Of a DNA stretch of 64,000 nt, positions 27,212 to 35,110 are shown piece by piece. The number at the start of each line of letters is the position of its first letter. The first letter of the stretch is position 1. The stretch is from the NCBI GenBank assembly GCA_026004495.1, contig BPJG01000001.1, positions 2,672 through 66,671 of the forward strand, in the 5' to 3' direction. Below the pieces are notes generated by a model. It worked only from the letters and a program-made list of their open reading frames with translations, was not told the DNA's origin and ran no database searches. Position numbers and translations under genes: made by a program. The DNA is from Candidatus Parcubacteria bacterium (lineage in GTDB: Bacteria; Patescibacteriota; Minisyncoccia; UBA6257; HR35).

Positions 27212-28072
27212 TCAGTATTTGTTAGTGATAAAATTTAATAGTGTTTTTAAAAAACTAGAAAATTTTCTTCTAGCTCTTAATTTATAACTAAAACTAAAAA
27301 CATCATATTGATTATTCTTTATTTCATCTAAAATTGAACTATATAATTTTGAGGCATACAATACTGAAAAACGAACTTTGGACGGTAAAATTTTTATACC
27401 TTGATTTGCTTTTTTATACATATTAAAGTTAATCTCAATTAAATATTTTATCAAATCTCTGAAGTTTTTATTAGAATTAAAATCAAAAAAATCTTTTTCG
27501 GTAATATTAAATCTAGAATAAATTTCTTCAGGAATGTAAATTCTGTTTAATCTTAAATCTTCCTTAATATCTCTGATGAAATTTGTTAATTGCATCGCTT
27601 CAGCTAAAGCAGCTGCATATTCTTTTAATTCCTCTCTAAAGTAATCAAAAATGTAAAGCATAAAATAACCAACAACTACTGCCGAACCGAATATATATTC
27701 TTTTAATTCATCAAATGTTTTAATCCTTACTGGCTTTAAATCATATCTCATACTTCTGATAAATGCTTCAATATATTCCATATCAATATTTTTCTCTTTA
27801 ACTATTTCATAAAATAAATTTAACTCTTCAAACTTTGATTCTCTTCCGTTTATCACATTTAACCATTCTGATTCCCATTCCTTAAATTTTTCTATTTTCT
27901 CTTCCACGGTTAAATTAAAATCATCAACAATATTATCAAGCCGACGAACAAAAGCATATAAAATTATTACCTGATTTCTAATTTTTTTAGGAAAAAATAA
28001 GGTGGCGTAATAATAATGTTTTCCATAAGAAAACATTACCTTTTTAAGTTTCTGTTCAATTTTTTGATTCAT
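27212..28072 (-). CDS. crtB: Phytoene/squalene synthase family (CrtB/CrtM)
   Basis: YYATLFFPKKIRNQVIILYAFVRRLDNIVDD ... YAAALAEAMQLTNFIRDIKEDLRLNRIYIPEE. Confidence 0.75.
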   Translation of the reverse strand: MNQKIEQKLKKVMFSYGKHYYYATLFFPKKIRNQVIILYAFVRRLDNIVDDFNLTVEEKIEKFKEWESEWLNVINGRESKFEELNLFYEIVKEKNIDMEYIEAFIRSMRYDLKPVRIKTFDELKEYIFGSAVVVGYFMLYIFDYFREELKEYAAALAEAMQLTNFIRDIKEDLRLNRIYIPEEIYSRFNITEKDFFDFNSNKNFRDLIKYLIEINFNMYKKANQGIKILPSKVRFSVLYASKLYSSILDEIKNNQYDVFSFSYKLRARRKFSSFLKTLLNFITNKY

Positions 28073-29097
28073 TGCTGTCGTTGATGTATTAAATTTAAAA
28101 GATAATCTAAATTATTTTTGAGTTTTTTATTTTTTATTTGATTAATTAAGATTTTTGCCTTTTTATGATTCAGGTTAATTTCATTCTGAATATATTTATC
28201 AACTTTATTTTTAAAAATTAATTCATTTAAAAATTTTTTTTCTTGATAGTTTAGCTTTTTATAAAAGAGTTTTTTCATGATTGCCCCATATTTAGTTTTA
28301 TTTAATAAATAATAGGTAATATAAGTTTTTTGGCCTTCTTTAATATCATTAAATCTATCTTTGTCTTGTTTTGATAAATAATAATCAAATAAATCATCTT
28401 GAATTTGAAAAATATTACCAATTAAAAATCCAATTTTTTTTATTTTTTCAATTTCTTTTTTATTTAGATTGCAAAAAATGCTAGCAATAGTCATTGGCCT
28501 GACAAAGGTGTAGCTTGCCGTTTTTAGGAGATTTTTATTTTTGATATCATTAATATTTGAATTTAATTTGGGTTCATTGGCTAAATATAAATCTAAAAAT
28601 TGTCCAACCAAAACTTCATTAATCATGATATAAAATTCATTTTTAATTTGAGGCGGCAGATTTGAGATATGATTATAAAAAATATTAAAAATAATATCGC
28701 TTAGTAAAATGCTTACATTATTTGAATAATCTCTTTTATTTTTTGGATTATAAAGTTTTGAATTTTGAAAAATAAATTCATTTAAAGTTAAAATCTCTCT
28801 TCTGGTTTTAGCTTTATCCATAACATCATCTTGAATTAGGGCAAATAAATGAATTAATTCTAGGGCAATCATTATTTTGAAACCATTTTGATCAATTTTT
28901 TTATTTAAAGATTTTAGAATCAAATAAAAAATAAACGGTCTAAGACGTTTGCCTTCTTTTGCTAAAGAAATGATGTGATCGAAATATAGTTTTAGATCTA
29001 GATTTTTAATAAAAACAAAATCCTTTTTCAATTTTTGATTAAGAAATTTAATGAATTTTTTATCAAAATTCTTTTTAAATTTATTAATATTCATCAT
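28069..29097 (-). CDS. Polyprenyl diphosphate synthase (GGPP synthase-like)
   Basis: Two Asp-rich motifs, LIQDDVMD and QIQDDLFDY. Confidence 0.75.
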   Translation of the reverse strand: MMNINKFKKNFDKKFIKFLNQKLKKDFVFIKNLDLKLYFDHIISLAKEGKRLRPFIFYLILKSLNKKIDQNGFKIMIALELIHLFALIQDDVMDKAKTRREILTLNEFIFQNSKLYNPKNKRDYSNNVSILLSDIIFNIFYNHISNLPPQIKNEFYIMINEVLVGQFLDLYLANEPKLNSNINDIKNKNLLKTASYTFVRPMTIASIFCNLNKKEIEKIKKIGFLIGNIFQIQDDLFDYYLSKQDKDRFNDIKEGQKTYITYYLLNKTKYGAIMKKLFYKKLNYQEKKFLNELIFKNKVDKYIQNEINLNHKKAKILINQIKNKKLKNNLDYLLNLIHQRQQ

Positions 29098-29101
29098 TGA
29101 T

Positions 29102-29797
29102 TTAATAATTTTTTGTTATATTAAATATTTTACCATCCCTTAATTCTATTTTTTCTTTACAGTTATTTGCTATCTTTTCATTATGAGTAACAATAAGAAA
29201 AGTCGTTTTTTTAATTTTGTTGATTTTCATGAATAAATTTATAATAATCTCAGTATTTTTTGAATCTAAATTACCCGTTGGTTCATCCGCTAAAACTATT
29301 TTCGGTTCATTGATTAAGGCTCTGCAAATTGCAGCTCTTTGTCTTTGCCCCCCAGAAACATAATCCGGATATTTAAATAAAATATCTTCAATGTCAGTAA
29401 TTTTAGCTAATTCTATTGCTTTACTTTTTGCCTCATTGACATTTTTAATTTTGCTTTTTGAAATATAAAATGGCATTAAAATATTTTCTAGTATATTGAA
29501 TTCTGGAATTAGGTAATGAAATTGAAATATAAAACCTATTTTTTTGTTTCTAAAATCAGCTAACTCTTTTTGATCTAGATTGTTAATATTTTGATTATCA
29601 ATGATGATTTCGCCTGAAGTAGGCGAATCAAGGCAACCAAGCATATTTAGTAAAGTAGTTTTACCACTACCTGATTGACCATAAATACTATAAACATAAC
29701 CATCTTCTATTTCTAAATTAATATTATCTAGGGCAAGAGTCGAAATCTTACCTTCATATATTTTGGTTAAATTTTTAACTATTATGATTTTATTCAT
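29102..29797 (-). CDS. ABC transporter ATP-binding protein (LolD/MacB-type)
   Basis: Walker A GQSGSGKTT, signature LSGGQRQRAAI and Walker [12 protein letters not shown]. Confidence 0.8.
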   Translation of the reverse strand: MNKIIIVKNLTKIYEGKISTLALDNINLEIEDGYVYSIYGQSGSGKTTLLNMLGCLDSPTSGEIIIDNQNINNLDQKELADFRNKKIGFIFQFHYLIPEFNILENILMPFYISKSKIKNVNEAKSKAIELAKITDIEDILFKYPDYVSGGQRQRAAICRALINEPKIVLADEPTGNLDSKNTEIIINLFMKINKIKKTTFLIVTHNEKIANNCKEKIELRDGKIFNITKNY

Positions 29798-29817
29798 TAT
29801 TTATTTCAATATTGTTT

Positions 29818-31005
29818 TCAGGCACCGACTATAATTTTGGCTGGTTCATATTTTATTGCCTTTCTTGAAGAAATATAACCAGCAAAAATTACAGCAAATA
29901 AGTTAAATAAAATTGTAGCAATTAAAAAATTTGTTCTTATTACTAAATTAAATAATGGAATTCCTTCTGGACTTTTAGTTAAATTAATAAATATATTTAA
30001 AAGTAGAAAAGCAAACAAAGTACCCAAAAGTACACCTAAAAAACCGATTAATAAACTCATAAAAATAAAAATTTTAGAAATTTTATTATTATTCATTCCT
30101 AATGCCTTTAAAATTCCAATTTCTTTATATTTTTCAACAACCTTCATATTTAAAATACTTAAAATTGAAATGGCAATTGAAATCAAAATAAAAAATTGAA
30201 TAAAAAAACTAGATTGAGATTGTGCTGACAAACCATTTAGAAGTTGTTTGTTTGATTCTTTCCATTCGGTTAATTCATAAGGAAAATTAAAATTATTTGA
30301 AATTATTTTTTTAATCTTGTCAGATTCAAAAACATTATTAATTTGAAATAAAATAGAACTATATTCATTTCTCTTAAAGCCCAAAAAATCTTGTGCCTCC
30401 TCAATTTTAATAAAAATAGTATTATCTAAGCTTTGATTTCCGCTTTTAAAAATTCCAACAATCTTAAAAGATTTATAATCTCCTAAATTATTTTTAATAG
30501 ATATTAGATTGTCAATTTCTAAATTAAGTTTTTCATAAATGTTATAACCTATAATAGCTTCCCTGTTTTTTAATAAACTAAAATTGCCTTTTAATAAATT
30601 TTCTTCAATTCCATATATATCTTTACCGTAAACATCTTTAAAACCTATTAATCTTACATTTAAATCATCTTTATTGATAAAGTTATAAGCTAAAACACCT
30701 CCTTCAACCGTATAAATTATCTTTTTAAAATTTTCTAATGGATAATTATCTTTAATTTGGTTTAAAATTATTTCTGGATTTTTTATTTTATCATTTATTT
30801 TTTCATCGTCATAAGGTTTAATTAAAATATGCGAGCTATATCCAAGAGTTCTTTTAAGTAGATTTGCTTGAGTGCTATCAATAATAATAGCAACAAAAAT
30901 TTGAACTGCAACTCCAATTGAAATTGCTAAAACGATAAAGAAAGTTCTTAAAATTCTATAACTTATAAATTTATATGAAATATAAAACTCTAAACTTTTA
31001 AACAT
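29818..31005 (-). CDS. ABC transporter permease, FtsX/LolCE/MacB family
   Basis: N-terminal TM, large periplasmic domain and three C-terminal TM segments. Paired with the upstream ATPase. Confidence 0.7.
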   Translation of the reverse strand: MFKSLEFYISYKFISYRILRTFFIVLAISIGVAVQIFVAIIIDSTQANLLKRTLGYSSHILIKPYDDEKINDKIKNPEIILNQIKDNYPLENFKKIIYTVEGGVLAYNFINKDDLNVRLIGFKDVYGKDIYGIEENLLKGNFSLLKNREAIIGYNIYEKLNLEIDNLISIKNNLGDYKSFKIVGIFKSGNQSLDNTIFIKIEEAQDFLGFKRNEYSSILFQINNVFESDKIKKIISNNFNFPYELTEWKESNKQLLNGLSAQSQSSFFIQFFILISIAISILSILNMKVVEKYKEIGILKALGMNNNKISKIFIFMSLLIGFLGVLLGTLFAFLLLNIFINLTKSPEGIPLFNLVIRTNFLIATILFNLFAVIFAGYISSRKAIKYEPAKIIVGA

Positions 31006-31193
31006 TTAACTTATTTAAATTTTTTTATAATACTTATCTGAGAATCAAAAGAGTAAGGCATATTTCTTAAACTAACTATTGTGATACAAAGATACACATT
31101 ATTATTTTTTTAATAAAAATTAAAATTATTATGTAATTAAATTCTTTAGTTACAAAAATTACAAATAAATTATAATTATATTATAATAAGTCA

Positions 31194-32720
31194 TTGTACA
31201 AAAAATGTTTTAAAATGAAGTATTTTAAATATTTTTTTAATCTATTACTTACTCTGATTATTTTTGCGTTTTTTATCTTATTAATATTTAATTCACAAAT
31301 CAAAAAATTATTTTTTAAACCTCAAGAAATTATTGGCCAAAAATTAGAACAGTTAAAAAATGATAGTGATTTTGAAATTATTCTAGAAAATTTAGAAATT
31401 CCTTGGTCGATTATTTTTTTAAATCAAAATGAAATTTTAATTACTGAAAGACTAGGTAAGATAAAAATTTTAGAATTAAAAGATAAAAAATTAGTAAAAG
31501 AATTTAAAATAACACAAGTAAAACATATTGGCGAAGGAGGACTCTTAGGCACAACTCTGCATCCAAATTTTAAAGAAAATAATTTTATCTATTTTTATTA
31601 CACAACTGAAAAAAGTGGAAATTTAATTAATCGGGTTGAAAGATATACTTTAAAAATAAACGCAGATTTACGCAGACTGAACGCAGACTTACGCAGACAA
31701 GATAAAAATTATTATTTAACTAAAGATAAGATTATTTTAGATGATATTCCAGCTGGTAGATTTCATAATGGGGGAAGAATAAAATTTGGTCCCGATGGTT
31801 ATTTATATATAACAACTGGAGATGCCGGTAATTCAGAAAATTCTCAAAATATCAATTCTTTAGCTGGGAAAATTTTAAGATTAAAAGATGATGGTTCAAT
31901 TCCCAAAGATAATCCATTTAAAAATGCAATTTTTGCTTATGGAATTAGAAATTCTCAAGGAATTACTTGGGACGATGAAGGCAATTTATGGTCAATTGAC
32001 CATGGAAGGTCAGGAATTCAAACAGGATTAGATGAAATAAATCTAATTCAAAAGGGTAAAAATTATGGTTGGCCAGTTATTCAAGGAAATGAAAGAATGA
32101 AGGAAATGGAATCTCCAGTTATTCACTCAGAACCAAATATCACTTGGGCACCGGCAGATTTGATTTATTATAACAATTCTTTATTTTTTACTGGCTTAAG
32201 AGGTGAAGGTTTATATCAATATGATTTAATTAATAAAAAATTAAAAGTTAATTTTTTCCAAAAATTTGGAAGATTAAGGGCTATAACTTTAGGACCAGAT
32301 GGTTATTTTTATATTTCAACTTCAAATAGAGATGGAAGAGGTTATCAAAGAAAAGGTGATGATAAAATAATAAAAATTAATCCTGAAATATTTTTTGATT
32401 TTATAAATTATAATTTAGAAGGCAAAAATTATAAACTTTTAATTGCTAATGAACCATTAGAATGGAGCAGGGGATTAATGTTTGTAAAAAAGACACTAAA
32501 TAATAAAGAAAATAAATTTGACGGTATGATTTTTATTTTCCCTGATAAACAAACTAGATCTTTTTGGAACAAAAATACTTTTGTTGATTTAGATATTTAT
32601 TGGTTAGATGATAATAAAATTGTTGGTAAAGACTTTTTGCCTTCAATTGAAAAAACAAAAGAAATCTATACTCTAATTTCTCCAGCACCAGTAAATAAAG
32701 TAATTGAAATAATAAAATGA
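31194..32720 (+). CDS. PQQ-dependent soluble sugar (glucose/sorbosone) dehydrogenase beta-propeller domain fused to a C-terminal DUF192 domain. Carries an in-frame CGCAGAC-element insertion.
   Basis: GEGGLLG, FGPDGYLYITTGD, IFAYGIRNSQGITWDDEGNLWSIDHG and C-terminal ...DGMIFIFPDKQTRSFWNKNTFVDLDIYWLD (DUF192). Insert NADLRRLNADLRRQ. Confidence 0.65.
   Translation: MYKKCFKMKYFKYFFNLLLTLIIFAFFILLIFNSQIKKLFFKPQEIIGQKLEQLKNDSDFEIILENLEIPWSIIFLNQNEILITERLGKIKILELKDKKLVKEFKITQVKHIGEGGLLGTTLHPNFKENNFIYFYYTTEKSGNLINRVERYTLKINADLRRLNADLRRQDKNYYLTKDKIILDDIPAGRFHNGGRIKFGPDGYLYITTGDAGNSENSQNINSLAGKILRLKDDGSIPKDNPFKNAIFAYGIRNSQGITWDDEGNLWSIDHGRSGIQTGLDEINLIQKGKNYGWPVIQGNERMKEMESPVIHSEPNITWAPADLIYYNNSLFFTGLRGEGLYQYDLINKKLKVNFFQKFGRLRAITLGPDGYFYISTSNRDGRGYQRKGDDKIIKINPEIFFDFINYNLEGKNYKLLIANEPLEWSRGLMFVKKTLNNKENKFDGMIFIFPDKQTRSFWNKNTFVDLDIYWLDDNKIVGKDFLPSIEKTKEIYTLISPAPVNKVIEIIK
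31659..31699. repeat. 41-bp (ACGCAGAnnn)x4 mini-element, near-identical to 15249..15289
   Basis: aacgcagatttacgcagactgaacgcagacttacgcagaca. Confidence 0.8.
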
Positions 32721-33577
32721 TTTTAATAAAAAATAAAAAATATTTATTAATAAGCTTTTCTTTAATTTTTATCTTTATCCTATTAATACTTTTATTTGCC
32801 TATGATAAAAATAGCAATTTTTTTCAAAATATCTCTAAAAATACTTCAGATATAATCATCTTTAATCCTAAAGAAAATCAAAAAATAAGTTCACCATTGT
32901 TAATTCAAGGAAAAGCAAGAGGAACTTGGTTTTTCGAGGCTGAGTTTAATGCTGAACTTTATGATGACGAAAATAATTTATTAGGTAAAGCAATTTTAAC
33001 AGCAAAGAGTGATTGGATGACAGAAGACTTTGTTAATTTTGAAGGTGAATTAAATTTTAAGAAGCCAACAACTAAGCTTGGTAAATTAATTTTTTTATCT
33101 GCTAATCCTTCTGGGTTGCCCGAACATCAAAAAATTTATAAATTACCTGTTCAATTTGAGAATATACAATATAGAAAAATTTTTCTTTATTATTACAATT
33201 CGGAAAAAGATAAAGATAGTCAAGGAAATATAAAATGTTCAGAAGATGGATTAGTTCCAATTGAAAAAGAAATTCCATTAAGCCAAAATCTTATTCAATA
33301 TACAATTAATTTATTACTAAAGGGAAAAGAAAATCTAAATCAAGAAGAAATAAATCAAGGTATTGAAACTGAATTTCCATTACAGGGCCTTGAATTAAAG
33401 TCGGTCAATTTAAAGTCAGATGGAACTTTAATTTTAGAATTTAATGATCCTTATCGTCAAATATCAGGTGGTTCTTGTCGAGTTAAGATATTATGGTTAC
33501 AGATAGAAAAAACAGCCAAACAATTTCCTCAAGTTAAAAAGATAGAATTTAAACCAGAATATCTTTTTCAACCTTAA
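32717..33577 (+). CDS. Gmad2/GerMN-domain protein (membrane-anchored)
   Basis: N-terminal TM, Ig-like Gmad2-like region and C-terminal GerMN-like block (LSQNLIQYTINLLLKGKENLNQEE). Confidence 0.45.
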   Translation: MILIKNKKYLLISFSLIFIFILLILLFAYDKNSNFFQNISKNTSDIIIFNPKENQKISSPLLIQGKARGTWFFEAEFNAELYDDENNLLGKAILTAKSDWMTEDFVNFEGELNFKKPTTKLGKLIFLSANPSGLPEHQKIYKLPVQFENIQYRKIFLYYYNSEKDKDSQGNIKCSEDGLVPIEKEIPLSQNLIQYTINLLLKGKENLNQEEINQGIETEFPLQGLELKSVNLKSDGTLILEFNDPYRQISGGSCRVKILWLQIEKTAKQFPQVKKIEFKPEYLFQP

Positions 33578-33673
33578 AAGTTATAAAATTATATTAAGAA
33601 TCTCAACGTGATAAATTTAATTATTTATTTTGATATAGTATAATTAATTTATTTTTCATAAGAAATTTGTAAT

Positions 33674-35056
33674 ATGAAAACAATAAATATCTTGTTTATA
33701 TCTTTTATTTTTTTAACTTTTTTATTTAGTAATGTTTTTGCTGAAAAAAATCAAGAAAATAGTCATAGCAATATAACTTCTACTTTGTTATGGTTATCTT
33801 TATTAATAATTCTTTCTCGAATTGGAAGTTTAGTCGAAAAAATTAAACAGCCATCTGTATTAGGAGAAATTTTAATTGGTATTATTATTGGCAATTTAGG
33901 ACTACTGGGTTTTAACTTTTTAAATGGTATAAAACATGATAATTTGTTAGCATTTTTAGCTGAGTTGGGCGTTATCATTTTACTTTTTCAAATAGGACTT
34001 GAATCTAATATTGCCCAAATGAAAAAAGTTGGTTTGCCATCGTTATTAGTAGCTTTAATAGGTGTTATTTCTCCATTTTTATTGGGTACTTATATAGTAG
34101 GTCCCTTATTTTTTCCTGGTCTTTCTTTTAATACTTATCTTTTTCTAGGAGCCACTTTGACAGCTACATCAGTTGGTATTACTGCAAGGGTTTTTAGAGA
34201 TTTAGGAGCCTTAAATTCGTCGGAGGCTAAAATAATTTTAGGAGCTGCTGTTATTGACGATGTTTTAGGTTTAATAGTTTTGGCTATTGTATCAGCTATT
34301 GTTACTACAGGTTCTGTTGCTTTATCTAACATTATTTGGATTACTGCTAAAGCCTTTCTTTTCTTATTAGGAGCTATAATTTTAGGCAATAGCTTGGCTA
34401 CCTATTTAAGTAAATTATTTTCAAAAATACATACTGGAGTAGGAATGAAATTTGCTTTAGCTCTAAGTTTTTGTTTCTTTTTTTCTTTTTTGAGTTCAAA
34501 AATAGGTTTAGCTCCAATAGTTGGAGCTTTTGCTGCTGGTTTAATTTTAGATCCGGTTCATTTTAAATCTTTCTCAAAGCCAAAGATAGTTGAAGAATTA
34601 GAAGAATTTGAAAAAAAATTACAAAATAATGAAAAAAGTAAATTAAAAAACATTATTCATCACCACTCAGAACATCATATTGAAGATTTAGTTGAACCCG
34701 TAGCTTATCTATTAGTGCCTTTGTTTTTTGTTTATACTGGTTTGGGGGTTGATATCTCATCATTATTTAATTTAAAATCTCTTATCCTAGCTGTAGCTAT
34801 TACTTTAGTTGCTATCATAGGTAAATATTTATCAGGGGTAGGAATTATTTTCTTTAAAGAATTTAGAAATTTGAATAAAAATATAATTGGGTTTGGTATG
34901 GTTCCAAGAGGAGAAGTTGGTTTAATATTTGCAGTCATAGGAAAAAATTTAGGAGTTATTAATGATACCTTGTTTTCAATAATAGTATTAATCATAATAG
35001 CAACAACTTTAATTAGTCCTCTTATTTTAAGTTCTCTATTAAGGAAAAATAAATAA
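33674..35056 (+). CDS. Cation:proton antiporter (CPA1/CPA2, Na+/H+ exchanger family)
   Basis: About 12 TM segments with the characteristic ...GEILIGIIIG... and ...MVPRGEVGLIFA... motifs. Confidence 0.7.
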   Translation: MKTINILFISFIFLTFLFSNVFAEKNQENSHSNITSTLLWLSLLIILSRIGSLVEKIKQPSVLGEILIGIIIGNLGLLGFNFLNGIKHDNLLAFLAELGVIILLFQIGLESNIAQMKKVGLPSLLVALIGVISPFLLGTYIVGPLFFPGLSFNTYLFLGATLTATSVGITARVFRDLGALNSSEAKIILGAAVIDDVLGLIVLAIVSAIVTTGSVALSNIIWITAKAFLFLLGAIILGNSLATYLSKLFSKIHTGVGMKFALALSFCFFFSFLSSKIGLAPIVGAFAAGLILDPVHFKSFSKPKIVEELEEFEKKLQNNEKSKLKNIIHHHSEHHIEDLVEPVAYLLVPLFFVYTGLGVDISSLFNLKSLILAVAITLVAIIGKYLSGVGIIFFKEFRNLNKNIIGFGMVPRGEVGLIFAVIGKNLGVINDTLFSIIVLIIIATTLISPLILSSLLRKNK

Positions 35057-35110
35057 CATTATTTTTAGTTTATAATTTAATTTTTTTAAATTATTTGAAT
35101 ATTTAAAATA

